Origin: Arcobacteraceae bacterium
Lineage (GTDB): Bacteria > Campylobacterota > Campylobacteria > Campylobacterales > Arcobacteraceae
Direction: 5' to 3'
NCBI GenBank assembly: GCA_965224485.1
Contig: CBDCZH010000013.1
Coordinates: forward strand, 1 to 64,000
Length of the DNA stretch: 64,000 nucleotides
In this document: piece after piece, positions 52,437 through 61,734 of the stretch
Numbering within the stretch: the first letter of the stretch is position 1
How the letters are laid out: every line of letters starts with the position of its first letter
Notes under the pieces: model-generated
What the model was told of the DNA's origin: nothing
The model's input: the letters and a program-made list of their open reading frames with translations, nothing else
The model's database searches: none
Position numbers and translations under genes: made by a program

Positions 52437-53408
52437 TTATAAAAATCCCATTTCTTTCATTAATGAACCAATAACTTTTTCTTGGTTAATTAAAAAAGCA
52501 TTGAATTTTGAAGTTGGTTTATATAAATTTGCCCAACCATTTCTTTTTCTTACTACTTCCCATTGGGGAGTATCATACATTTTTCCTAAAACATCTGCAA
52601 ATGCTTCTTGTCTTTCTTTACTTAAATTAGGAGCTGCAAAAAAACCTCTCCAGTTTGCAAAAAATGCGTCTGCACCCATGCTTTTAAACGAAGGAATTCC
52701 TTCAATTGATTCATTAGATGTAACACCAATAATTCTAATTTGACCTTTTAAGTGTTTTTCTAATACTTCTCCAAGACCAGTTGATAAAATATCAACTTCT
52801 CCTGTTAATAAACCAGCAAAAGCTTTTCCCCCAGCATCATAAGGTACATATCTAACTGCTGTTGGATTACCACCTGCTGCTTTAAAAATTTGAGCTGCAA
52901 CTAAATGATCCATTGAACCTCTAGAACTACCACCAGCAACTTTTACATCTTTTGGATTTTTCTTAAAAGCTGCATTAACATCAGCCCATGTTTTGTATTT
53001 TGAATCTTTTCTTACAACTAATACACCATAATCAGCAACAACAGAGGCAACAAGAGTTAAATCTCTAAAAGATTGAGGGAAAACACCTTGTAATGATCTA
53101 ATTACAATGGGAGTAGAATTTACCATCAATGTATTTTTTTGTTTTTTTGCAGTTTCAATAAGATAAGCAATAGCTTTTCCGCCACCTCCACCACTCATGT
53201 TTTCAAAAGAAGTTTCTTTAACAAGTCCTGATTTTTTTAGTGCTTCACCAACACCTCTAGCAGTACCATCCCAACCACCACCAGCTCCACCTGGAATTAA
53301 AAAGTGAATCTTTTCAACAGAAGAGGCAACAGAAGAAGTAGCAAGTCCTGCAACTAAACATCCCGCAAGAGCAAGATTTTTATACATTTTTGTAAACGAA
53401 GTTTTCAT
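52437..53408 (-). CDS. tctC: Tripartite tricarboxylate transporter substrate-binding protein
   Basis: Signal peptide, PGGAGGGWDGTAR, N.SGGGG, YVPYDAGG, NWRG. Confidence 0.95.
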   Translation of the reverse strand: MKTSFTKMYKNLALAGCLVAGLATSSVASSVEKIHFLIPGGAGGGWDGTARGVGEALKKSGLVKETSFENMSGGGGGKAIAYLIETAKKQKNTLMVNSTPIVIRSLQGVFPQSFRDLTLVASVVADYGVLVVRKDSKYKTWADVNAAFKKNPKDVKVAGGSSRGSMDHLVAAQIFKAAGGNPTAVRYVPYDAGGKAFAGLLTGEVDILSTGLGEVLEKHLKGQIRIIGVTSNESIEGIPSFKSMGADAFFANWRGFFAAPNLSKERQEAFADVLGKMYDTPQWEVVRKRNGWANLYKPTSKFNAFLINQEKVIGSLMKEMGFL

Positions 53409-53553
53409 ACGTGTCCTTTTTTAGTTTAATATTCTTAATAGTAAAAGAAAAAGATGTAAGAAAAATAAAATTTAAATATTTTATGGAAAGTTTTTATTAA
53501 TATGTTTAGATGAGTTTATAAATACTGTTTATAAACTCTTTGCTTAAAAGCTT

Positions 53554-54618
53554 TTATGCTTTAAGAGTATAAAAAGAACCACGTCCTTTTCCTTCATTAC
53601 AAAGAATTCCTTTTTTTACTAAATCTTGTAAATCTCTATTCGCCATTAGCCTTGAGATATTAGTTAGTTCCATATATTGTGAAACTCTTATTTTTGTATT
53701 CACTTGTTTTAAGTTTTTTGAAATAAGTTTTTTTTGTCTTATGTTTAAACTTATGTCTAAGTGTTTATTCCAAAAAGTACTTTGTCCTCTAAGTTTACTA
53801 AGTTGAATAATATTTTCATCTAAAACCTCTTCTATTAGTTTTAAATGAAATTCTATCCATTTTGAAATATTTAAAGTAAGTGAAATAAAAGTTTCATCTA
53901 TTAGTTGGTTATATAAGAGATGATTTTTTAGAAGTTTTGAATTAAGTTCAAAATAGGAACTATCAAGAATATTGTGTTTTTCTAAGATATTTGTAAATAT
54001 AAGCCTTGATATTTTTTCATTATCTTCATTAAATGTCTGAAGAAGAATAAAATGAAGAGGAGCAATAATTGCTTTAATTAAAGGTTTTGTTGTATTTTCT
54101 GTATTTTGATTATTTAAAAAATTAAAATAATTTTCCATTAAAAAATCAATATTTTTTCCTAAAGGGGCTTGATAATGTATCTTCTCATTCTCTTTAAAAC
54201 CAGAGATTATTTCTATTTCTTCTTCTTTTCTTCTATATCTAGACTCTTTTGTATTATTAAAGCTAAGATTTGTTTTCCACTTACAAAGACTCTTTTTATT
54301 TAACTCTTCTTTATTGTTTTTAATATCTATTAAAGTTTTTACTAATGAAGTATATTCTTCTTTCTTATTTTTATCTTTGATTGCATTTTTTAAGTCTTTA
54401 TTATTTACTTCTTCACCTTCAAGTAAAAAAGTACTTCTTAACTCATTATATAAAACTTCATCTTTTAATATGCACTTATCTTCTTTTGAAATAAGTGATT
54501 CTAATATTTTTATTTGACCAAGTTTAAAATAAATTTCATTTAAATCAAAATCTTTATAAGTAAAATTAGGAAAATTATCATTTTGCCAAATCCATTTTTT
54601 TTTATTAAATATATTCAT
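53554..54618 (-). CDS. Fic-family protein (DUF4172-type N-terminus, C-terminal HTH) with a degenerate active site
   Basis: WIWQ...FPNF, TFLLEG, HYQAP, LQTFNEDNEKISR in place of HPFxDGNGRxxR, A.RDLQDLV.KG.L...G.GR..FY. Confidence 0.82.
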   Translation of the reverse strand: MNIFNKKKWIWQNDNFPNFTYKDFDLNEIYFKLGQIKILESLISKEDKCILKDEVLYNELRSTFLLEGEEVNNKDLKNAIKDKNKKEEYTSLVKTLIDIKNNKEELNKKSLCKWKTNLSFNNTKESRYRRKEEEIEIISGFKENEKIHYQAPLGKNIDFLMENYFNFLNNQNTENTTKPLIKAIIAPLHFILLQTFNEDNEKISRLIFTNILEKHNILDSSYFELNSKLLKNHLLYNQLIDETFISLTLNISKWIEFHLKLIEEVLDENIIQLSKLRGQSTFWNKHLDISLNIRQKKLISKNLKQVNTKIRVSQYMELTNISRLMANRDLQDLVKKGILCNEGKGRGSFYTLKA

Positions 54619-54831
54619 ATATAATTGTATCTAAATATGATATGTTAATCAATAAATATTATTAAAACTCTTTATGCTATTATTAGATATCTTAAAATTA
54701 GAAAGAAAAATTATAAACTTACTTAAAAAAGAACAACTAACATATATCTTAAAACTATTAAATCAAGAAAATCAACAACAAGAGAGCCTATAAAAGTTTT
54801 ACATTAAAAAAACTTATACTTAGGATTAAAA

Positions 54832-55680
54832 ATGAACAAATTATTTACAAAAAATGAGCTTATAAACTATATGTTTATACTTCTTGGTGCTTTATGTATT
54901 TCTTTAGGTGTTGTACTATTTTTTATCTCAAATAATATAACAACAGGAGGAACTCCTGGTATGGCAATTTTATTACATCACTTAAGTTCTTTCTCAATTT
55001 CATCAATGGTTATTGCTATAAATATTCCTTTATTACTTATAGGATATAAATACCTAGGAAAGATGTTTGTCCTAAGAACAGTTATTGCTATTGTTTTGAT
55101 TGCTCTTTTCCTAGATTTGTTTTCAAATACTTTTGAGCTTAGAGTTCTAAGTACAAATATAATGTTATCTTCAATTTTCGGAGGAATACTTATTGGTTTT
55201 GGAGTTGGTTTTATAATTAAAGGAAATGCATCTGCTGGTGGTTCTACCATTATAGCCCGTATTATATCTTCAAACTCACATATCAAACCAGCACAAGTTA
55301 TACTTTTTATTGACCTTTTAATTATACTTGCTTCTATTTATGTTTTTAAAGATATTGAAAAGGCTATGTTTAGTGTATTAAGTATTTATTTAACTTCAAA
55401 AGCAATAGATATAATTTTAACAGGAACACTAAGTACTAAAGTTATTCATATCTCTTCAAATAAAGCTACACTTTTAAGCTCTTGTATTAAAAAAGAATTA
55501 GGTGTTGAGGGAACTATTCTAAGTGGAGTATCTTTTGAAGAAAAGTTAGACAAAACTCTTCTTTTTATTGTTTTAGATGTAAAAAAAATAGCTAAATTAA
55601 GGGAAATTGTATCATCTAATGATGATGAGGCTTTTTTGATTGTTATGGAAGCTTCTGAAATGTTAGGTAGGGGTCATTAA
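54832..55680 (+). CDS. YitT family membrane protein
   Basis: TGGTPG.A, NIPLL..G, SAGGS.I.A, D..AFLIV....E.LGRG. Confidence 0.92.
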   Translation: MNKLFTKNELINYMFILLGALCISLGVVLFFISNNITTGGTPGMAILLHHLSSFSISSMVIAINIPLLLIGYKYLGKMFVLRTVIAIVLIALFLDLFSNTFELRVLSTNIMLSSIFGGILIGFGVGFIIKGNASAGGSTIIARIISSNSHIKPAQVILFIDLLIILASIYVFKDIEKAMFSVLSIYLTSKAIDIILTGTLSTKVIHISSNKATLLSSCIKKELGVEGTILSGVSFEEKLDKTLLFIVLDVKKIAKLREIVSSNDDEAFLIVMEASEMLGRGH

Positions 55681-55712
55681 AAAAAAAGAGACTTCGCAGG
55701 TCTCTTTTTTTT
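55679..55712. terminator. Bidirectional intrinsic terminator
   Basis: A-run-GAGAC-TTCGCAG-GTCTC-T-run. Confidence 0.85.
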
Positions 55713-55751
55713 AGGAGAAAAATGAAAACTCAACGCTTTGTTCGTTTATGT
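55680..55751 (-). ncRNA. Candidate ~70-nt trans-acting sRNA with an anti-SD/anti-AUG tract
   Basis: Minus-strand extended -10 TGTTATACT (55766-55758), predicted +1 A at about 55751, body containing UUUUCAUUUUUCUCCU, ending in the intrinsic terminator. Confidence 0.6.
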
Positions 55752-55976
55752 AAGATAAGTATAACACCCTTGCATAAATGAAAAAACAATAAATAGTTAA
55801 CAAAAGGTACAACTATTGTTTTAGCAAGGTTTCAATCTAATTTTCTACTTCTTATAAATTTAAAATATAATAAATCTTATTCTTAATATTTAAAGAAGCA
55901 AAAAATTTATAAATTATTTAGAAGAAAAATACAAGCAATACAAGGTTAAGATAAAAGAAAATCAAAAGTGATAATT

Positions 55977-57050
55977 ATGAACAATAAAAATAATGAAAAA
56001 AAACAAGATTCAATAAGAGCTGCTTTCTTTGGGGCAATTGTAGCAGATGCTTTATGCTTAGGAAGTCATTATGAATATGATGCTAAGAAAATATATGAAG
56101 CTTATGGAAAAAAACCAATTGAGAATTTTATGTCACCTGGTGAGTTAATGGGTGGTCAAACCCACGGAATAGGTTGGGGAGAAAGAAATTATCATCCTAA
56201 AAAGACGGCTGGTGGAAGTACTGATTATGGAGATTATAATATTCTTATTTTAGAGCATTTAGCAAGCATATCAAATCCATCTAGAGCTTTTGAAGTTAAA
56301 AATATATTAGCGCATTGGATGAATAGATTAGAAAATTCTTGGGGCTCATGGATTTGTACTATGACTAAAGAGACTTATGCTCAAGTTAAACAAGGTGTAA
56401 AAGCTCAATATTTAGGTGGAATGTCAAATGCAACAGCTATAAGATTTGCTGCTGCTTTTGCTTATTATGATGATGAAGAAACTTTAGTTGATGTTGCTAG
56501 AAAAACAATGTTTACACATAAAGAAACTCATGCTTTAGGAGGTGGGGAGTTTTTTGCAAGAGTTACTTATAGAGTTATAAATAATGAAATTCCTTCAAAA
56601 GCTATTTTTGCAGTTGCTAAAGAAATGGGTGGTTTTTATGAGCAAAAAGTACAGCAAGCAAAAGAAAAGTTTGAAGAAGAAAAAGATCCTACTTCATCTT
56701 TACATAAAGAACTTTTTTCTGATGATTTAGCAATTACTAGTATGGCAAGATTGTGGGATGTTGGAAGAAGTGAGCCTATTAAAGTAGGAAAAGCAAGTCC
56801 TACTGAGGGAACTTTACCAAGTAGTGTTTATTTTATTTTAAAATATGAAGACCAAGAAGATGCTTTAAAAAAAGCCATACAAGCAAATGTAATGGTAGGG
56901 GGAGATAATGCTTCAAGAGCTATTGCTATTGGAATGGTTTTAGGAGCATATAAAGGTCTTGATGCAATTCCACAAAAATGGAAAGATACTCTTTCTCAGT
57001 GGAAATACTGTGAAGACTTATTAAATACCTTACCCTTATTAAAACAATAA
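55977..57050 (+). CDS. ADP-ribosylglycohydrolase-family protein (SelJ/crystallin-J1-like variant motifs)
   Basis: GAIVADALCLG.H..YD, TDYGD, THK, ANVMVGGDNASRA...G..LGA..G..AIP..W. Confidence 0.85.
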   Translation: MNNKNNEKKQDSIRAAFFGAIVADALCLGSHYEYDAKKIYEAYGKKPIENFMSPGELMGGQTHGIGWGERNYHPKKTAGGSTDYGDYNILILEHLASISNPSRAFEVKNILAHWMNRLENSWGSWICTMTKETYAQVKQGVKAQYLGGMSNATAIRFAAAFAYYDDEETLVDVARKTMFTHKETHALGGGEFFARVTYRVINNEIPSKAIFAVAKEMGGFYEQKVQQAKEKFEEEKDPTSSLHKELFSDDLAITSMARLWDVGRSEPIKVGKASPTEGTLPSSVYFILKYEDQEDALKKAIQANVMVGGDNASRAIAIGMVLGAYKGLDAIPQKWKDTLSQWKYCEDLLNTLPLLKQ

Positions 57051-57054
57051 AAAT

Positions 57055-57079
57055 AAGTAGGAAGAAATACTTCCTACTT
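57055..57079. terminator. Hairpin between convergent genes
   Basis: AAGTAGGAAG-AAATA-CTTCCTACTT. Confidence 0.75.
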
Positions 57080-57082
57080 GTA

Positions 57083-57212
57083 AACCCACAAACTTACAAC
57101 CTACAACTTACAACCTACAACTTAGAACCTACCAACATACCAACTGATAAACCTGTAACTTACGAACATACAAACATACAAACTTACCAACTTACCAACT
57201 AATCAACCTACC
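57083..57212. repeat. Degenerate tandem array of 17 AAC-anchored 7/8-bp units
   Basis: AACTTAC AACCTAC AACTTAC AACCTAC AACTTAG AACCTACC AACATACC ... AACTTACC AACTTACC AACTAATC AACCTACC. Confidence 0.9.
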
Positions 57213-57218
57213 AACAAA

Positions 57219-57887
57219 CTAAATCTCAAACATATACCCAATACCAGAATAATTTCTAATAATATCTTTAAATGTTTTTTTCCTAAAATCTCTAATTAAA
57301 GATTTTAGAGCTGCTTTTGTATTTGTATTATCCCAAATATGATATTCTAACTCTTCATATGTAATAATTTTATTTTGCTTATGTATAAAATAATTTATCA
57401 ATAAAGCTTCTTTTTTATTTAAACTATAACTTTCATCCTTTTTTATAATACTTTGAGTTTCAAAATTAAAAAATATACCTTCAGAAAGTCTTATATTACT
57501 ATGAATTCTTCTTTGAATTATTTCCATACATTTATAAATAGCTTTTGATAAATCTGATATGCAAAAAGGTTTTATGATATATCTTGTAATATATAATTCC
57601 ATTAACTCATTTAAATAAGGATTGTTTTTATTAGTACTTATAATTATAAAAGCTGTTTTAATATCATCTTTTCTAATATTAATTAAAAATTCTATTATAT
57701 CTTTGTTTTTAAAAGAATTCTGTATTAAAAGTAAGCAAGGAGAGAACTTTTTATACTTCTGTTTTGCTTCTTCTATACTTGAGGCTAAAAAAACTTTATT
57801 TACTTCTTCTTTAAGAGTTTTCTTTATATCTTGAGAAAAGTTTTTATCTTCATTGATATATAAAACTGATAAATCAGAAACCTTCAT
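57219..57887 (-). CDS. OmpR-family response regulator with an atypical receiver domain
   Basis: VLYINED, YIIKPF, ALKSLIRDFRKK...GIGY; LLLIQNS at the position of the usual phospho-Asp. Confidence 0.88.
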   Translation of the reverse strand: MKVSDLSVLYINEDKNFSQDIKKTLKEEVNKVFLASSIEEAKQKYKKFSPCLLLIQNSFKNKDIIEFLINIRKDDIKTAFIIISTNKNNPYLNELMELYITRYIIKPFCISDLSKAIYKCMEIIQRRIHSNIRLSEGIFFNFETQSIIKKDESYSLNKKEALLINYFIHKQNKIITYEELEYHIWDNTNTKAALKSLIRDFRKKTFKDIIRNYSGIGYMFEI

Positions 57888-57888
57888 T

Positions 57889-58455
57889 TTATTCCTTAAT
57901 TAATTTTATAAGAGATGACGTTGTACTTACTTTTGCATAAGCAAATTCTAAAGAGGACATAAAAGCAGCATGAACAAAGGAAGCTTTTATTTTAATAGAA
58001 TTAAATTCTAAGTCTCTTGTAGTACAAGCATCATGGGCAACAAAACATTGGTATTCTAAGTCACTAGCAGCTCGTACAAGAGCATCTATACACATATGTG
58101 ACATTGCTCCTATAATAATAACATTAGCTATATTAGAGTCATCTAATACCCCTTTTAGATTAGTATCTAAAAAGGAATTAATTTTATGTTTTATAATTAC
58201 TTCTTCATCTTTTAAAGGAAGTAAAGTTTTGTAAATATTTGCACCTTTTGTATTTCTTACAAAAAACTTTGCATCTTTTTTTAAAGATTCATGTTTAATA
58301 TGAATTATTTTCATCTTCTTTTGTCTAAATGTATCTAATAATTTTGAAGCATTTAAAGCTATTTTTTCTGTATTTTCTAAGGGATATTTAGCCTCTTTAA
58401 AGCTTGGAAAATAATCATTTTGTAAATCTACTATTAATAAAGCTGTATTTTTCAT
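57889..58455 (-). CDS. Isochorismatase-family cysteine hydrolase
   Basis: ALLIVDLQNDYF, K...NSF..T.L, GAMSHMCID. Confidence 0.93.
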   Translation of the reverse strand: MKNTALLIVDLQNDYFPSFKEAKYPLENTEKIALNASKLLDTFRQKKMKIIHIKHESLKKDAKFFVRNTKGANIYKTLLPLKDEEVIIKHKINSFLDTNLKGVLDDSNIANVIIIGAMSHMCIDALVRAASDLEYQCFVAHDACTTRDLEFNSIKIKASFVHAAFMSSLEFAYAKVSTTSSLIKLIKE

Positions 58456-58540
58456 ATAAGTCCTTTTTTTTTATAAAAAAGTATACAAATATTTAGTAGG
58501 AAAAAAGAGGGAAAGGTATTTTAGAATAAAAATAGTTATA

Positions 58541-58580
58541 AAAAAGAGATTTAAGTTTTGAACTTTAAATCTCTTTTTTT
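58541..58580 (-). terminator. Terminator hairpin after the HAD gene
   Basis: AAAAAAGAGATTTAA...TTAAATCTCTTTTTT. Confidence 0.7.
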
Positions 58581-58582
58581 GT

Positions 58583-59239
58583 TTAAAAGTTACTTTGTTC
58601 TTTGATTAATTGAACAGCTTCTAGTGCATTTGAAGTTAGGAATGAAGTATGTTCTTTAAGTTCTTCTTCTTTTCCATAACCACAAAGAACAGCTACTGAA
58701 TTAACACCAGCACTATTTGCACAAATTAAATCTAAATGAGTATCTCCAACCATCCAAATATTAGCAGTTTTTTCAAGTTTCATTAAATCTAATGTTCTAA
58801 TAATTGGTTCAGGATGAGGTTTTGGATGTTCTACATCTTCTCTTCCTGTTATATGTTCAAAATACTTAAGTATATTCATATGCTCTAATAAAGGACTTGT
58901 ATATTTTCCTGTTTTTGTTGTAACAATTGAAAGTCTTGCAAAAGAACTAGCAAGTTCTAATGCTTCAATAGTATTTTCTAAAAGTTTTGTTTTTTCTTTT
59001 GATATTGTTCTATATTTTTCTTTATATGCATCTACAAAATCCCAAACTTTTTCTTGTTCTACTCCCAGTTCTTGGTACATAATATCTAAAGGATAACCAA
59101 TTAAAGACTTGATATCTTCATTATTTCCTTGAAAATCAAAGTTAAGTTTTGTAAAGGTGTGATTAAAACTTGACACTATTGCATCAGTTGAGTTAATTAG
59201 TGTTCCGTCTAAATCAAATAGTATTATATTTTCTTGCAT
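58583..59239 (-). CDS. HAD-family hydrolase (phosphoglycolate phosphatase-like)
   Basis: FDLDGTL, VTTK, KPHPEP, MVGD. Confidence 0.93.
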   Translation of the reverse strand: MQENIILFDLDGTLINSTDAIVSSFNHTFTKLNFDFQGNNEDIKSLIGYPLDIMYQELGVEQEKVWDFVDAYKEKYRTISKEKTKLLENTIEALELASSFARLSIVTTKTGKYTSPLLEHMNILKYFEHITGREDVEHPKPHPEPIIRTLDLMKLEKTANIWMVGDTHLDLICANSAGVNSVAVLCGYGKEEELKEHTSFLTSNALEAVQLIKEQSNF

Positions 59240-59240
59240 T

Positions 59241-60755
59241 TTATTCCTTGATCCATTCTAGTTCATTATGTCTAATTCCTACAAAAGTAGGTTCTATTGG
59301 GGATATATTTTTGTTAATTACTGTAATTGCATTAGGAATATATAAAAACAAATAAGGGATATCATCTGTGATTATCTTAAAAATATTTTTATATATCTTT
59401 GCTAATTTTTCTTTATTTATAGTAGTTGAACCTTCTTCTATTAATTCATCTACTTTTTTATTATTATAAGAGCTTAAATTAAAACCTCCACTTACTGCAC
59501 GTGAGCTATGCCATAGGGCATAAGCATCAGGCATAAGAGGCATGCTCCAGCCTAGTATTATTGCATCAAAATTTCTTGGATGAACAATAGTATTTAAAAA
59601 AGCCTGCCATTGCATAACTCTAATTTTCATATTTACACCAACTTTTTTAAGTTGATATTGTAATATTTGAGCTGCGTTTATTCTAGTTTGTCCACCAGTA
59701 CTTGTTATTACTTCAAAAGTAAAAACATTATTCTCATCATACCCAGCCTCTTTTAATAATCGTTTCGCTTTTTCTATATTTTGAATTACTGGTTTAACTT
59801 CTTTGTTATAAGCAAAAGTTCCTGGTAAAAAAGGGCCAGTTGATATCTTACCATGTTTAAAAAATAAAATATCAACTAATTCTTGTCTATTTATTGCTAA
59901 ACTTAAAGCCTGTCTTACTTTTATATTTTGAAATATTTTTCTTTTTAAATTAAAACCTAAATAATCATAAGAAAAACTAGGTCTTTCAATAATTTTAAAA
60001 TTATTTGTAAACTCTTTATTTATTTGTCTATCATATTGTAAAGGTGTTATTGCTCCAAAATCTAGTCTTTTTTGTTTTAAAAATAAAAAAGAAGTTGAAG
60101 GATCAGGAATAAACTTATAATGAATTTCATCAATTTTTGCATTTTGCATAAAATAATTCTTATTAGCTTTTAAATAAATATCCTCACCAATTTTAAAACT
60201 TTTTAGTATATAAGGTCCTGTTCCAATAGGGTTTTTATTAAAAGAACTTGTCATTAAATCTTTTTCATTTTCTAATAAATGTTTTGGTAATATTCCCATC
60301 ATCCATATCTCTAAAGCTTTGAAATAGGGTTTTTTATAAATTATTTCTATGGTGTAACTATCAATCTTTTTAAGCTCTTTAACTTCTTTATAATTTGAAA
60401 TATAAGAAGTAATTACTTTAGGGTTTAAAATTGTATTATAGGTGAAAATTACATCATCAGCAGTAAACTTAACTCCATCATGCCAAAATACATTCTGTTT
60501 AAGTTTTATTAAAAGACGTGTTTTTGTAATAAACTCATATGAAGAGGCTAAGTCATTGATGATTTTTCCATTTTTATCATAAGTAAATAAACCATTAAAA
60601 ATTCTATTAGATATCTCAGCAGATGCTGAATCATTTGATAAAATTGGATTTACTCTTGTAGGGCTTGTAGCCATAGAAAGATTTAGTGTACTTGCACTTA
60701 AATAAGTACAGAAGTTTAAAAATAATAAAAGTAGCAGTTTAAGTAAATTTTTCAT
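59241..60755 (-). CDS. Peptide ABC transporter substrate-binding protein (family 5)
   Basis: NP, FNGL, DLA, WHDG..FTADDV.FT, PIGTGPY, VRQALSLAINR. Confidence 0.93.
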   Translation of the reverse strand: MKNLLKLLLLLFLNFCTYLSASTLNLSMATSPTRVNPILSNDSASAEISNRIFNGLFTYDKNGKIINDLASSYEFITKTRLLIKLKQNVFWHDGVKFTADDVIFTYNTILNPKVITSYISNYKEVKELKKIDSYTIEIIYKKPYFKALEIWMMGILPKHLLENEKDLMTSSFNKNPIGTGPYILKSFKIGEDIYLKANKNYFMQNAKIDEIHYKFIPDPSTSFLFLKQKRLDFGAITPLQYDRQINKEFTNNFKIIERPSFSYDYLGFNLKRKIFQNIKVRQALSLAINRQELVDILFFKHGKISTGPFLPGTFAYNKEVKPVIQNIEKAKRLLKEAGYDENNVFTFEVITSTGGQTRINAAQILQYQLKKVGVNMKIRVMQWQAFLNTIVHPRNFDAIILGWSMPLMPDAYALWHSSRAVSGGFNLSSYNNKKVDELIEEGSTTINKEKLAKIYKNIFKIITDDIPYLFLYIPNAITVINKNISPIEPTFVGIRHNELEWIKE

Positions 60756-60778
60756 ATGAAAGCATATCTTATTTTATA

Positions 60779-60810
60779 AAAAAAAGGAGCAACATAAGTT
60801 GCTCCTTTTT
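60779..60810 (-). terminator. Terminator after rpsI
   Basis: AAAAAGGAGCAAC-ATAA-GTTGCTCCTTTTT. Confidence 0.85.
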
Positions 60811-60843
60811 ATAAATACAAAGTAAAAACTTTGAAAATGCCAA

Positions 60844-61233
60844 TTATCTTTTTGAGAACTGAACAGATTTTCTTGCTTTTTTTCTTCCGTATTTTTTTCT
60901 CTCAACAGATCTAGAATCTCTTGTTAGTAAACCAAAAGGTTTTAAAACTACTCTGAACTGCTCATCAAAAGCAACTAATGCTCTTGAAATACCATGTCTA
61001 ACAGCATCAGCTTGAGCTGAATAACCACCACCAAGAGTCTTAATCACAAGATTAACAGAAGAAGTTTGTTTAGAAACTTCTAAAGGTTGCATAAGTCTCT
61101 TTTTGATAGCTTCATGTCCACCTAACCATACATCCAAAGATTCACCATTAATAGTTAGTTGACCACTTCCAGCTTCTAACCATACTTTAGCTACAGAAGA
61201 TTTTCTTCTTCCAGTTGCGTATACTTTTGCCAT
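60844..61233 (-). CDS. rpsI: 30S ribosomal protein S9
   Basis: [36 protein letters not shown]. Confidence 0.99.
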   Translation of the reverse strand: MAKVYATGRRKSSVAKVWLEAGSGQLTINGESLDVWLGGHEAIKKRLMQPLEVSKQTSSVNLVIKTLGGGYSAQADAVRHGISRALVAFDEQFRVVLKPFGLLTRDSRSVERKKYGRKKARKSVQFSKR

Positions 61234-61238
61234 TAGTC

Positions 61239-61658
61239 CTATCCTTTAATTTGTGCAGTATGAGGATGCTCAGAACCTGCATATACTTTTAATTTTTTTA
61301 ACATAACTTTTCCAAGTTTTGTTTTTGGTAACATTCCTCTAGCTGCTAGTTTATATAACTTTTCAGGGTTATTAGCAAACATATCAGACATTTTGTGAGT
61401 TTTAGTACTTCCAAAATATCCTGAGTGAGTATAATAATTTTTGTCTGCTAGCTTAGCACCAGTAAACCTAGCTTTAGTCGCGTTGATAATAATTACATTA
61501 TCTCCACAATCAACATTTGGAGTATAAGAAGGTTTATGTTTCCCTCTTAGTAATGTTGCAACTTCAGTAATTATTCTTCCGAATACTTTATCTGTTGCAT
61601 CAATTACTATCCAATCTTTTTGAATTTCATTGGCTTTTGCCATTTGAGTAAATTTCAT
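61239..61658 (-). CDS. rplM: 50S ribosomal protein L13
   Basis: [31 protein letters not shown]. Confidence 0.99.
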   Translation of the reverse strand: MKFTQMAKANEIQKDWIVIDATDKVFGRIITEVATLLRGKHKPSYTPNVDCGDNVIIINATKARFTGAKLADKNYYTHSGYFGSTKTHKMSDMFANNPEKLYKLAARGMLPKTKLGKVMLKKLKVYAGSEHPHTAQIKG

Positions 61659-61734
61659 CTATTCTCTCCGATTTAATTAATGAGGAAGAATAATAGTGGA
61701 GATATGCTTAAAATTTACTTAAATTAAGTCTAAT

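Noticed and set aside
54674..54793. 39-aa ORF MLLLDILKLERK...QESL divergent from the Fic gene, considered as a Fic antitoxin
   Set aside because: No SD, no (S/T)xxxE(G/N) motif and divergent orientation; cannot be supported
57083..57212. Possible CRISPR array
   Set aside because: Units are 7-8 bp with no unique spacers, and there are no cas genes
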